Part shown: positions 11,901 to 23,800 of the stretch, in pieces
Layout: each line of letters begins with the position of its first letter
How positions within the stretch are numbered: the first letter of the stretch is position 1
Position numbers and translations under genes: made by a program
Notes under the pieces: generated by a model
What the model was told of the DNA's origin: nothing
Seen by the model: only the letters and a program-made list of their open reading frames with translations
Databases searched by the model: none
From: Phoronis australis
Taxonomy: Eukaryota; Animalia; Phoronida
Direction of reading: 5' to 3'
NCBI GenBank assembly: GCA_002633005.1
Contig: NMRA01000258.1
Location: 493,966-548,452 of the forward strand
Length of the DNA: 54,487 bases

Positions 11901-14900
11901 TGATACTTGCTTATTTGTGAAAGCATAAAAGAGTGTTGTCATAGAAAAAACAGTGCAGTAAATAAACGTCGCAAAAAATCCCCTCTAAGTAAAAAATGAT
12001 GTGAAAATTCCGCTCTTTGTAAAAATACCACAGAAATTCCTCATTTAGAAGGTACAGGAATTTTCCCTTAAGGTGAGTGAGGGCCCTGATAGCCATGGGG
12101 ATATTGTCAGGACATGAATTTATGGGAGACAGTAATAATAAACGCAATCGTTATGATAACAAGTAAACATTTAATTAAGCAAATAAAAGCTTACAGTTAC
12201 ATTTCTAGATTTGAGTTCAGCTTTGCACTTTATAATGTATTCAACTACGACCTGAGTTCCACCGGAAAGTCATCTTAGCTACTATTCAGCACTGCGATAG
12301 TGTCTTGTCGATATTCTCAAAAAATAACGGACACTCTTTGCCGTGACAGCACAACTCCACCAAATCGTTGTCCAAACTACATTGTCTGCTCACAACTCTT
12401 GCACTGTATAGCATTTTTCTTATGTCACAGTCACTTTTGAGCCTTTTCTTCAACAAATCCAGAGCAATTTTATTTCATATCAGTTCAGTCAGTTTTCAGA
12501 ATTGGCGTCCGCATGTCTTTTTATTGTCGCATGCAGCACCTCAACTCACCTCATATAACCATACTCTCAAAACCAAGTTTTAAATATCAATTCATGTACG
12601 CATGCAGTGCACAAATCCTATATGGTTCACAGAAACCAATACATCACAGGTGTGACAGGTACAAGCACACTATTGGCATTTGTTGAATTATTTATCATGT
12701 GTATAGCTGCCAAGGACGTTAAATGGAGGGATATTTATGCAAACAAATTAAAAAATATCGGGTCAAGTAGGTGTGCAGTGCACAAGTCCTTGGGTATATG
12801 ATTCAAAGAAACCAATACATCACATATATGACAGGTGCGAATACACTGTTGGCATTTGCTGAATTATTTAACACATGTATAATTGTCAAGGACAGCAAGG
12901 GGAGAGATTTATGCGAACAAATTACAGATATCAATTCAGGTACTCTTGCAGTGCACGAGTCCTTGGGTATACGATTCACAGAAACCAATACATCACATGT
13001 GAGACGGGTGCTGAATTATTTAACACCTGTAATTAACTGCTAAGAACAGCAAAGGGACAGATTTACGCGAATAAATTATATTAAACGAGTTGGATATTAA
13101 ATCATTTTATTCATCAAGGCATTCATTCTGTCATGCAGTGTTTAACTCCAATTGTTCGGTAATCTACAACAAAATATATGAAAAATGCCAAAAATCTTGC
13201 TATTTCACTATTATGTAAATATAAACTAAGAAACTAACCAGATTACCGTTAAAAGTACTAGATAATAAGCCAACACCCATAATGTGACCTGACGTACAAG
13301 AATATAAAACTACAAAAGTAGAAAACCATAGACTAAAATGGCAATACCAAGCTTTGCCACTCTGACAAGGCGCAAGACATAGGGCACATGCAAGTAAACT
13401 ATTGTTCAGCTACAGTCACAGAGTTGAATGCACAGCTTAGCAGTCACTGATGGCTCTCAAAGCCTTTTCATGAACAGCAGCAGGGAACAAGACGGTACGC
13501 AGTTGCAACGTGTCTACTGGTCTCTGTCAAAAATAACTTTTTGATTTATACCACTGAAATTATTATAAAACCGTTCCCAGTTTCTTCCTAACTAAGATTC
13601 GAAGTGATTTCTGTCCTGAGTAAAAACTGAAAGTTGATTTCTTGTTGAGACCAGACTCTGCTTATTGTTTTGACTATCTAGTCATTTTATGTGGCAAGCA
13701 TGATGTCAAGCTGTGATGAATAGCAAGCTCATTCCAAGCCCAGAAATTGTTTCTTATCCGAGTAAGGGCAAGACGAGACCAGTTTTATAATTATTGTGAG
13801 TGGTCTTAATCGAAAGTTTTGTTTTTCACAGAAAGAAGGTCGTGCATAGTAGCTCTAAATTTCTGATGACAAATATACAAGAAATTAAATAGAGTAAAAT
13901 ACAAATAACGTAAAGATGTAAAAATGTAGCCTGTTGTTTTCCAGTGACGTTGCATTTAAATTTTCAATCAAGCATCATAATTTTTCGGTAAATTTATTTT
14001 TTATTTTTGTCCTTGCAGATAGCCGATTGTTCAGATGTATCCTGAAGATTTTAGAAGCTATGCATTACAGACTTGAAGATTTAAAACAGGAAATGAGAAA
14101 CCTCAAGGAACAAGACTCTTTGGTGGACTCAGAAACTCATGAGTCTGCTCACGAGTCAGTGCAGAAATCAGAGAAGACGGAGTCATCTCGTGAGAATGGC
14201 AGCACTGACAAGAAAGGATCTGAAGATAAACTTTCGCCCAACTCTTCTAGTACGGAGCTTTCCATTTGTGAAGGTTCTGATAAGAAGCAAGAGTCATATA
14301 CGTCAACTGACCAATCGTCTTCCAGTGACCTAGTTTCCCAGAATGCCAAACAGGAGAGCACTGATGGCATTCAGGCTTCCCAGCATGCTGAGCACCAGTT
14401 GCTTGTTGTCCTTCTGCAGGTCATTAAGTCATTCCTGGAAGATATACTGCTGGCTGTCTGTCAGGTAAATTAATTTATGCTGTGTTAAATTTACGTTTAA
14501 GTGCATGTCTTGAGATAAGGGTTTTGAGTTGGGCATGCGTATTGCGTGTGCACCAGTGGGCTAGAGAACCAGGTAGTGTAAAACGAACTGATTTTTGCAT
14601 TGTGGTGTATGAAGATACGACAATAAAATATTGTTTTCTCTTAAAATTGCGAGTAGATGGCGAAAACGGAGCTTGATAATGTAGTTAAGCCAGCGCTATG
14701 TGAATGCGATGGCATTAAACAAAGAATTTTCAGATTATTTATGAAATTGGCTTTCATCCCTTGAATCTCAGCTCCAATGGTTAGCCTATACCAGCATGAT
14801 CAGTGATAATATTAACTTACACATATACTTGGATTGAAGTGATTTGAATACCTATTGTATTTTCTTTGTACTGAGGTCTAATTAATTGGGCTCCTGGGGT

Positions 14901-16177
14901 GGACTTCATGCAAACGTGCCTGACCTTGCAAAGTTTCATATTTTTACCGACAACATCGGCATCTTACAATCCACTAAAAAATTAAGCATATAGGGTTTTC
15001 AGGAAGAAAAATGAGTGCGAGAATCTTGAGCATAATGGTTTAATTGCACACTTTTGACAATCTAGTTGATATTTTTCAAAAAAAAGTATTTGTTTTAGCA
15101 GGCCTGCTGTCCACATGGGTAGCGGAACTTGACTTTGTTTGTTTAGTGTTGTACCAAATTAAATATTCAGGATGGTGGACAAAATCATGAACTTGTCTAT
15201 AGAGAATGAGAAATAATATAAAATGTCTGTGTTAACTTAATCACTCCTAGAAAAAGATTTTCGATTTCGTAATTGTCCCATATCTCTATACCAGTTTTAT
15301 GCAGTTCTGTGGGTTTACGAATGGGATCATTTTAGAAGAACGAGGCTGTGGGTCACTTGACCGACAGGGACTCAAATCTAAAGGTCAATTTTGAGGAATT
15401 ACGAGTCATGTTAGTCTCTTGTGTCCTTTTTCAATATAATTTTTGGAACCAGCATCTTGTGTGTAACTTCATCTGCTATTCGAGTACGTTACATGACTAG
15501 TGATTGATCTAAATGCTAACTGCATATCAAATAAACCACCAATACACTGCTGGAATCTGTATGTACTTAATATGCTAGAGCCCTTAGGCTAGTTTTTTGA
15601 CGTTGTTGTTTTGACGGACATTGGTTGTGATCAGCTGCTCTGCATTGCTACTGTGTTAGAATGTGAATGCAGTGTCTATTATTCCGGCAACTGGACAGAC
15701 TAAGGTATGGTTGTGTTGGCAATCATGCCTTATGATGCATCAAAGTAGGCCACTTGGCTCGAGTTGAGCAAAATTGCGTCAATAAAAATGTTTGTGCACC
15801 GAAAAGGGGTAATAGTCAGATGTAACGTGCCTGCATTTTGAGAACCAGTTTCATCAAACTGGTTCTCAAAATGTAGACACGTTATTTCCGACTATAGTCC
15901 CGAAAGCGGGCATTCTTGAAATTATCCCTGTTCTGGTTATGCATGAAGGTATACACAGACTGGCATTTGCAATATGTTTCAGGAAAATGGTGAGAAAGAG
16001 CCTGAGGTACTTAAGTACATGAGTGAGAGCTGTAGTCGACAGAGAGTTCTTGTTATGGTTGACGTTCTGGAAGATGTTGACTCCCTTCCCGTCAACAAAA
16101 TGAAGGCAGCAGCTCGACGCTATAAACTAGACCGACTAGTTAATATCATTGAGAGACGTGAGAGCACAACTAGCTAA
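2832..16177 (+). CDS. SAAL1: SAAL1 (serum amyloid A-like 1, ARM-like protein), 10 coding exons; ATG-bearing first exon not located
   Basis: Exons 2832-2950, 3406-3519, 4083-4166, 4907-4986, 7280-7455, 7841-7964, 9101-9183, 10487-10654, 14019-14464, 15983-16177. All have AG/GT boundaries and matching phases (1589 nt in total, ending TAA). The translation has recognisable SAAL1 motifs: DRNPTPP, GDTVYSKHWLF, ELCELWDMSM, GNMAC, SSTNNDLL, HILQLL. Confidence 0.93.
3406..3519 (+). CDS. SAAL1: SAAL1 exon EVERQ...LWDMSMNT
   Basis: tttcag acceptor, 38 codons, gtaggt donor. Confidence 0.9.
3499..3930 (+). repeat. Degenerate ~26-bp minisatellite derived from a SAAL1 exon/intron junction
   Basis: Repeated gggatatgtNNatgaacacggtaggt units, interrupted by the MITE at 3604-3836. 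Confidence 0.75.
3604..3836. mobile_element. Small non-autonomous DNA element, 5-bp TSD
   Basis: TIR caaaggcagatctac / gtagatctgctactg; flanks gatat / ggtat; interrupts the minisatellite. Confidence 0.7.
4083..4166 (+). CDS. SAAL1: SAAL1 exon DVALLLHEF...APRVT
   Basis: gcgcag acceptor, 28 codons, gtgagt donor. Confidence 0.9.
4907..4986 (+). CDS. SAAL1: SAAL1 exon EIAVGTLGNMAC...KDKF
   Basis: tttcag acceptor, gtgagt donor, ends in phase 2. Confidence 0.9.
5337..5590. repeat. 23-bp minisatellite, ~11 copies
   Basis: (tgttcattccactggtcttaaca)n. Confidence 0.95.
7280..7455 (+). CDS. SAAL1: SAAL1 exon QLVLLLLENDDTPILVETTRLL...QSSTN
   Basis: ttacag acceptor, gtaagc donor, phase 2 to phase 1. 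Confidence 0.9.
7841..7964 (+). CDS. SAAL1: SAAL1 exon DLLKNAAELVDKLLDVD...LEAMTQL
   Basis: tttcag acceptor, gtgaga donor, phase 1 to phase 2; not in the ORF track. Confidence 0.9.
9101..9183 (+). CDS. SAAL1: SAAL1 exon QKPGDALGTSLHILQLLSTSEKGVEVI
   Basis: gactaac branch-point-like motif, ttttag acceptor, gtatgt donor; not in the ORF track. Confidence 0.88.
9215..10401. repeat. G-rich 30-bp minisatellite with 60- and 180-bp higher-order structure
   Basis: 9241-9420 is repeated exactly at 9421, 9601, 9781 and 9961; N at 10201; degenerate 28-bp units at the end. Confidence 0.95.
10487..10654 (+). CDS. SAAL1: SAAL1 exon NECDRVM...QLLFE
   Basis: ttctag acceptor, gtaggt donor, phase 1 to phase 1. 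Confidence 0.85.
10841..12088. mobile_element. Non-autonomous hAT-like DNA element with perfect 5-bp TSD
   Basis: TIR caggaccctc / gagggccctg; atagc on both flanks (10836-10840, 12089-12093). Confidence 0.7.
12604..13080. repeat. ~172-bp tandem repeat, 3 diverged copies
   Basis: gcagtgcac...agaaaccaatacatcaca units starting at ~12604, ~12775 and ~12948. Confidence 0.85.
14019..14464 (+). CDS. SAAL1: SAAL1 exon SRLFRCILKILE...AVCQ with Ser/Glu-rich insert
   Basis: ttgcag acceptor, gtaaat donor; lies in ORF 13934..14473. Confidence 0.85.
15983..16177 (+). CDS. SAAL1: SAAL1 terminal exon ENGEKEPEV...ESTTS*
   Basis: tttcag acceptor, phase 0, TAA at 16175-16177. Confidence 0.82.
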   Translation, partial: ENGEKEPEVLKYMSESCSRQRVLVMVDVLEDVDSLPVNKMKAAARRYKLDRLVNIIERRESTTS

Positions 16178-16484
16178 CTGCAAGGGACCAAACTTGGTAC
16201 AATTACTGAGTCCACTATAAGAGAGGGGAAGTATTACTGAGAGACGAATGAGTGCATGGAACTAAGTCCTTTTCAAAATGAAGTTGACTAGTTTCTTTGA
16301 AATTTGTTTACTTTGTCAAAATTTGGCAGTAATCCAGAAGGAAACAATATGAAAAATAACACTGAAATGTTTGAAAATTTGACAATTTTTATGAAAGTTT
16401 GCCATTTTCAATGACAGAGAGGAGATTTCGTCAACTTTTGGAAAACTTCTCAAACAAGAATTGTAGTCAGATGAATGCATTGCT

Positions 16485-18044
16485 TTTTATGCGCCACGTA
16501 CACATTGCTTTTATCTCTGCCTGTGTGTCCGGCGTCCGCAGCTGTATCTCCCAAACCCCTCAAGGGATCTTGATAAGATTTGACGGATGTGTCCCTGTTA
16601 AGCTGACGACATGACAACAACTTTCAGAACTCTCCGACTGCCGGTGTGTCTTTTAGTGGCAGTTTTATTTTTTTACGTTCACTTCTGTATCTTTGGAGGT
16701 CCTCCACGATTTTTCATGAAATTAGGCAGTTAGGCATGTATTAGTGAGATAACACTGTCCTCTTATTTTTAGATGGATTCGAGGTGCTTCACGCCACCTA
16801 GTGGCCATTTTTTGACGCCTGCCCCTGTTTCAGCCAAACTGCTCTAGGGATGACTTTGAAAATTGGCATATATGTTCTTACTGTACAGAGGGCGGCTGAC
16901 GATTATTTTCCGACGACTCCGACTACTGTGGTGCCTCCTAGTGGCTGTATTTACTAAACACTCTACAGGATTTTTATATAATTTTGCTAGTATATTTATA
17001 TGAAGTTGACGACAACATTCAGACAGATCAGACTGCTTGTGTACCCCCTAGTGGCAATTTTAGTTTTTTACGTTTATCTCTGTATCTTCAAAGGTCCTCT
17101 ATGGGTTTTCATAAAATTTTGCTGATAGGCATCTATTAGTGAGGTGACGCTATCCTCCAGTTTTCGGATTGATTCGAGGTATTTTGCGCCACCTAGTGGC
17201 CAATGTTACTCTTTTGGTGTATGCCCCTCTGTTAACCAAACCAGTCTGAGGATGATTGTGGAAATAGGCATGTGTGTTCCTAATATGAAGAGGACGGCTG
17301 ACGATGATTTTCCAACGACCTCGACTACTGTGACACCTCCTAGTGGTAGTTTTTTTACGCCCACGGCTTTATCTCCTATACCCTCTGCAGGATCTTTATT
17401 AAATTATGTAAGTGTATTTATGTGAAATTGACAACGAATGTCGAGGACTTTCAGACAGATCTGACAAACACTGTGCCCCCTAGTGGCAATATCATTTTTT
17501 CCTGTTTTCCTCTGTTTCTCTGAAGCTGCTTGACATATTTTTATTAAATTTGGTAAATAGCTTTCTATTGAAACGATAACATGTTCCTGTTAACGGATGG
17601 ATTCGACATATTTTGCGCCATCTAGTGGCCATTTTTACTGTTTTCTAGTCTGGTTTTGGCATCTGCCCCTCTATCAACTAAACCACTCCAAGAATGATTG
17701 TGGAAATTGTTCTTAGCGTGAAGAGGACGATTGACGGTGATTTTCTGGCAACCTCATCTACTATGGCACCTCCTAGTGGCAATGGCAGTTATGTTTTTTT
17801 GCGCCCATAACCTCCTTGTGGCAATTTCATTTTTTTTCTGTTTTCCTCGGTTTCTCAGAAGTTCCTTGACAGATTTTTATGAAATTTGGTAAATAGCTTT
17901 GATCGCATATACCAGTTTTCTGATGGATTTGACATATTCTGCACCATCTGGTGGCCATTTTTATGATACAGAAAAACATGCCTAGTAGCACACCATTTCC
18001 AGTACATTCATGGACGCATTTCAACGCTGTGTGTTGCTCTTGTT
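16485..18044 (+). mobile_element. Helentron/HINE-like element with internal ~140-bp repeats
   Basis: Head ttttatgcgcc, recurring cctagtggc about every 140 bp, tail tggacgcat-caacgctgtgtgttg-ctcttgtt. Confidence 0.7.
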
Positions 18045-18980
18045 ATGATTTTGAATTTGTTTGTAGTGGCTGCCTCTTTTTCTGCCAAACTGCTCAAAGG
18101 ATTATTAGGAATAATAGCAGTTGTTTTCCTGATGAGAACACCATGGCTGACATTGATTTTTGGATGGATGAGACACCTGTGGCGTACTCTAGCGGTGACA
18201 GTATTTTTTCGACCTTGGCTTCTACTCTTGATTTCTTTATTATGTTAGTGAACTTTTGCAGGTGTTTTCTCATAGATATGACAATGGCTGCTCAAGACTT
18301 TTTGGATGGCTACGACTACCGCTATTGCCCCCCAATAGCAATTTTATTTTTTACCTTTGCCTCTATATCTTCTGAGCTCTTCAAGGTTTTTTTTTGAACT
18401 TTGGCAAACAAGTTTCTATTGTGAAGATGACAACGTCTTTCCAATTTGAGTTGGATTTGGCGTATTCTGCGCCACCTAGTGGCCATATCAATTATTTTGT
18501 AGTCTTCTTTTGCCCTCTGCTTCTGTATCTACCTAACCGCGCAGAGGATTGTTATGAAAATTGGCAATTGGCATATGTGTTTCTACAGACATGAGCCTGA
18601 CTGTCGTGGATTTTCAGATGGCGCCCCCCTAGTGGCATTATTTTCACACCTGCGGCTGTATCTACTAAACCCCTTTCAAGATCACAATATGTCAAGTCTA
18701 TTCGTATTCCTATTAACTTGACAACGGATGGACAGATTCGACTACCCTGTGCCTTCTAATGGCAATGTGTGTTTTTACATATGCCTTTGTATCCTTGGAA
18801 TTCCTTGGTTTTCATGACAAAGAGTTTTGTAATAGACAATGATGTTTTCCCAATTTCGCACGGGATTGACGTATTCTGCCTCATCTGATGTCCATTTTTA
18901 TGATACTAAAACCACCATAAAGAGCACACCGCGTGTGTTGCAGTCGTGGGCGCATCTCAACGCTCCACATCGCTTTTGTT
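18045..18980 (+). mobile_element. Headless tandem copy of the same Helentron/HINE-like element
   Basis: More cctagtggc units and a second tail gtgggcgcatctcaacgctccacatcgcttttgtt. Confidence 0.6.
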
Positions 18981-20855
18981 ATACTATTTCAACTGCATTT
19001 GTTAAAACGTTCCTAATTATGCCTTTGGAATAATTGAGCAAACTTCCTCACCACAGCAAAAAAAATTTAATGCACAACTTGTGGAAACATGTGTATGAAT
19101 AGATGACACTGCTGAATTTGTTGTAGTTGTTGTTCCTCATAATAATCTACACACAAATACACCCAGACATACCCAATGATTCATGAAGTGTCCGTTTCAC
19201 GCCATAATACATCATCCTGAGAAAGCAAACAAGTGAAGACCGATAGCAGTAGTTTTGAACCCGTGATAGAAGTATGTATCTGTCACAGGTACCAGAGTCT
19301 GTAGTGAATAGTGAATATAGGCATGTGTTGTTCGTAGCTGTTTGAGGATTTTGCAACCACGGGAACGAAAGGAAAGTTATTTCAATATGGCATGAGTGAT
19401 GGAGTGATGCAGGAACTAAATTTACATGTGTTGCCATTTTACCCACTTTTCAGGATTAATATTATTTAAGTATAATGAGAATTAGCAACACCGCTACTTT
19501 TCATTTTGAACTGAAATTTTCTGCCCAGTCTTGTTATAATTTGTTGTGATGGAACAAAGTTCATGGACAAACACGAACTATGAGACTAGGTACGTAACCT
19601 GTCTGCAAACCAGTATTTGTGAGGCCTGCTGCCCTGGGTGATGCACAAAGAAATTAAATTAATAGCTCATGTTGATGGAGCAAGTAATGAGCCATGTAGG
19701 ATTATCTCGGAGGCTGCCAGTTATGAGACACACAATTTACTTATAAGAGTTAGCATAAGAACGTAACTTTCTTTCAGACAACATTTAGATGGGTATTAAG
19801 CCTAACAATTCACGTTTTTCGGAAATGCTAGACACGTTACTTTTAGAAGGTAATAGCACAGATAATTCTCTGGGTAGAGTTAAGATTTTCCATGCCCTGA
19901 AAGCATATCTATTTGGACCAAGGAAAACTTTGAGATTATAACGGCAAATGGTCTAAATATGAATTGTTTTTGTGACAAAGACACTATTAAAACAAACATA
20001 CAGGACTGGGTTCAATGAAACTTGAACATATATCCGATGTGACAAAAACGTTTTTGCAAAATGAGCCGCGTTTGGATTCCTATATAGATCCGTGATGTTG
20101 CCACCCCAAGTCAAATTCTCGGATCCGCCCCTCAGAGTAGGGTTATTTTTCCAACCGAATAAGGCAATATGTGTCACTGGAACTTGACTGTTTCTCACTC
20201 TGACATCAAAGAGTTTCTTACATTTTGAGAAATAAAATTCCGGTGAGACGGGCGTTTACAGCGAAGGGGTGCTTTCAAGGAAGTATCAATCATGAAGTTC
20301 GGAATGGGCATTGATTTGGAAATGGCCGTTAACACGGACGAACAATATTTTGATAATTAATAATGCTTTTGTGTAAAGCTTGACGTAAAAACAGCTGAAT
20401 GTCACGGAATGCGTATTCTCCATACCAGCCCTCTCACGTAATTAGAATGCTGTTTTGTTCACATCAAGTAGCGTCTATTAAAGTTTCATTACCGTGACTT
20501 GCGTGCACGTGTTGTCACGTACATTTATCAGTAATCCTTACTGAGCTGTAAATAGAGAAACAACAAAAATAACTTTCTAGTGTAATGGTTATAATTTCGT
20601 ATTATATATAGGTTATACGTGTTTGTACCAGTGGTTATTATATAGGGATTCGTGATATGCAAAAGTATTTGAACGAGGGCGATAATTCTCCAAAATCCAC
20701 TCGGGCTCTAGATAACGGGGGATAACGACTTCGCCATGTAATAATGTATATTTATTTCTGGTGTTGTTTACGGGATATGCTTGGCTTGGCTTGTAGTATT
20801 TTGGTGGCAAAAAGTTCCACTACCTTACCAACATTTTTCTAAGTCATACGCTGGT

Positions 20856-20861
20856 TTTATT
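20856..20861 (-). promoter_or_regulatory. Putative polyadenylation signal AATAAA, paralog A
   Basis: AATAAA on - about 35 nt after the stop; conserved at the same position in paralog B (27765-27770). Confidence 0.45.
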
Positions 20862-20896
20862 TTCGGTGAATCAAAATCAGTGAAAACGGTAAATCC

Positions 20897-23800
20897 TTAT
20901 ACTGGTCCGGTATAAGAATTGGCAACACACGGCTCCGATGTATTTTCTGCCGTGCATGCACACGCACCCAATAGGTCAAAACGTTGGCCATGAGGACATG
21001 TTTGCAGTTCGGCAGTGTCCAGTGACTCCTGTACATGGTGGCAGTAGTATTGTTTACAATTGGTGTCTTTTTTCACGACACAGCGGTCTGGCGGATGGTC
21101 TTTCCCATTGTTGAACTTGAAACAAGCAAACTGTTGCTGGAACAAATAAGAACATTCTCTTCATCTTGAGCGAGAAACGACATTGCATTGTCGCAAGAGC
21201 TAGGTGTCTTACGACTTCGCTATTGGAGTTGGCTTGCGTTTCTGTTAGAGTTCTGGGATCTGGCACGATTCGAGAAGAGGAGATTTTTTGTTTATTTTGT
21301 AAGTAAGACCTCTATCTGTAAGCACCAGATAACATCACTCGGCCGAGAAATCAAAGTAACATTAAATTTTGGGCTACACGTATACTTTCCCCGTTGCACA
21401 AATAATTTAATAGGGTTGTGAGTAACCTTATCGCTTGTGCATTTACCCAAATTTCAGAAAAAAATTAGAATTAAACTTTGTAAAAGAAGAAAACGTGTAA
21501 AAATAAAATTTTACCTGACACCAAGTTTCCATTGATTACATAACGTGAACATGTCTGTTAGCAAAATTAATCAGCAAAACAACGGTATCGATAATATGAC
21601 CAAATTGCTTTTGATACAAATATTCAAGATGGCATCTCAAAAACCTTTAAGTTAAACTTTTCTGGATTATCTTCTTGTTTTTCTTTTATACACTTTTGAA
21701 TTTTTCATAAAACTCATAAAAGTATTGTTGTCTTACAGGCCTACCATTTTGTGAACGTGAAAGATTTCTAGAAACATTCATTACAGCGTATTTGCAGATA
21801 CGATGAAAAGTAAGCTTTAATGTTTTTACGGTTATACTTAGGTATGAGCTCATACAAATCGATACAAAAGTTTGAAGTTAAGTCCAGGGGCGGAAGCAGA
21901 ATATTGAGTTGGGGAGGGGAGAGGGGTGCCAGGGCACAGGAATAACCAGAATTTCGCCACATGCGCACGCACAGCATAAAATCTAGGGAAGCAAGGCTTT
22001 CGAATTCTTGAGTTCGTGGACTTTCTTGCAATTAAAAACAAGAGCAACGCGGAGCGTTGAAATGCGCCCACGAATGCATTGCAAATGGTGTGTTTCAGGG
22101 TTATTTATTTGTATCATAAAAATGGCCACAGGAACATGCTATATTTCATAAAAATATGTCAAGGAACTTCAGAGAAACAAAGGAAAACAGAATAAAATGA
22201 AATTGCAACTAGTGGGCACAGTGTCCGTTGGATCTGCCTGAAAGTCGTCGTCGTCTGTTGTTATCTTCATATAAATACACTAACTAAATTCAATAAAGGT
22301 CCTGCAGTGGATTTAGGAGATACAACTATGGGCGCAAAACAAAACTACCATTTGGAGGCGCCACAGTAGTCAGTCAAAGGTCGTCTTCACACTGAGAACA
22401 TACACTGTATATGCCAATTTTCAAATGATTTGGTTGATACAGGGATGGACGCCAAAAACAAGATTTGAAAACAGCAATAAAATTGCCACTAAGGGGCACA
22501 CTGGTAGTCGGATCCGTCCAAAAGTCGTCATCTTCCGTTGTTAACATCATATAAATATACTTACACAATCATGATCCTGCGAACGGTTTAGGAGATACAG
22601 CCATAGGCGCAAAAAAACAAAACTGCCACTAGGAGGCGCCACAGTAGTCGAAATCGTCGGAAAATCATGGTCAACCCTTCTCTTCATAGTAAGCATATAC
22701 ATGCCAATTTTCACAATTATCCTTTGAGCGGTTTGGTTGATAGACGGGTGGACGCACTGCAAAAACAGACTCGAAAACACTAAAAATGGCCACTAGGTGG
22801 CGCAAACTATGTCGAATCCATCTGAAAACGGGAGGATAACGTCATCTCACTAATAGGTGCCTACATACCAAGTTTCATGAAAATCCGTTCAGGACTTTTG
22901 AAGACTTTACAAAGGTAAGCGTAAAAAACTAAAATTGTCACTAGGGGGCACACCGGTAGTCGGATCCGTTCGAAAGTTCGCACATGCCGTCCCATTCATG
23001 AATGGAACATATGTGCCAAATTTCATGAACGCCGGTATGTCAAAGGGTTTTGGAGATAAAGCACCGGACGCCGGACGGACGCCGCCCGCACGGACGGACG
23101 GACGTACGAAGATGACGGCATAATGCGTCCACATATAAATATGTGGGCGCATAAAAACGTAAACGGGGTTTGTTCAAGGCTTATGCATTGTGCATTCGCC
23201 CCCTGTGTGCGCATATACGCTTCTCGGCAATTCGCACCCTGAACTGCCAAATGGTATGTGAGAATTTTAAGGGGGGCTTGGCCCCCTCCCCCCCTAAATC
23301 CGCCACTGAACTCATATAGTGAAATGAAGTAGTATTCCTGAAAGTGACGTAACAGCCTAATGGATTTGGAGAACAATCTCAGCCTCATCTACAGGGGCAG
23401 ACCCGTATTCTGATTCTTTCATGATAGGCTTAAATATAACACAAATTTGACAAAAGGTGCCCCTGGTTATAGCAAGCAACATTAATGGGGCCGGCCCGGA
23501 CTACACGACGATGGAACTTTCCTTTGTCCTGGAGATAAGAAAGCGCATGACCTAGTTTTAGAAATCAAGCATATTTTCGTGTTTGTCATTGATGTCGGGA
23601 AGGCGAAGAATTTGAGATCACGCATCCACGGGTATTTTTCCAATTTATCAAACTTTTTCACGTCGGAGTTGCAGCCCACAGCTCAACACTAATTCTTCGT
23701 TGACAATGGAAGGAGGAATAATCAAGTGATGCCACCGAGAAAAACTTGTACAACAAATAACATGTGAAACTCCAGTGGCACGGAAACGAGGCAGCAAATG

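Noticed and set aside
17144-18594. ORFs with recurring PPSG motifs as a repeat protein
   Set aside because: They are translations of the cctagtggc unit of the non-coding HINE array, and the frames are not conserved among copies.
23482-23679. Extra internal exon of the peptide gene
   Set aside because: No convincing splice sites, ends in a stop, and the paralogous region is disrupted by a LINE stub.
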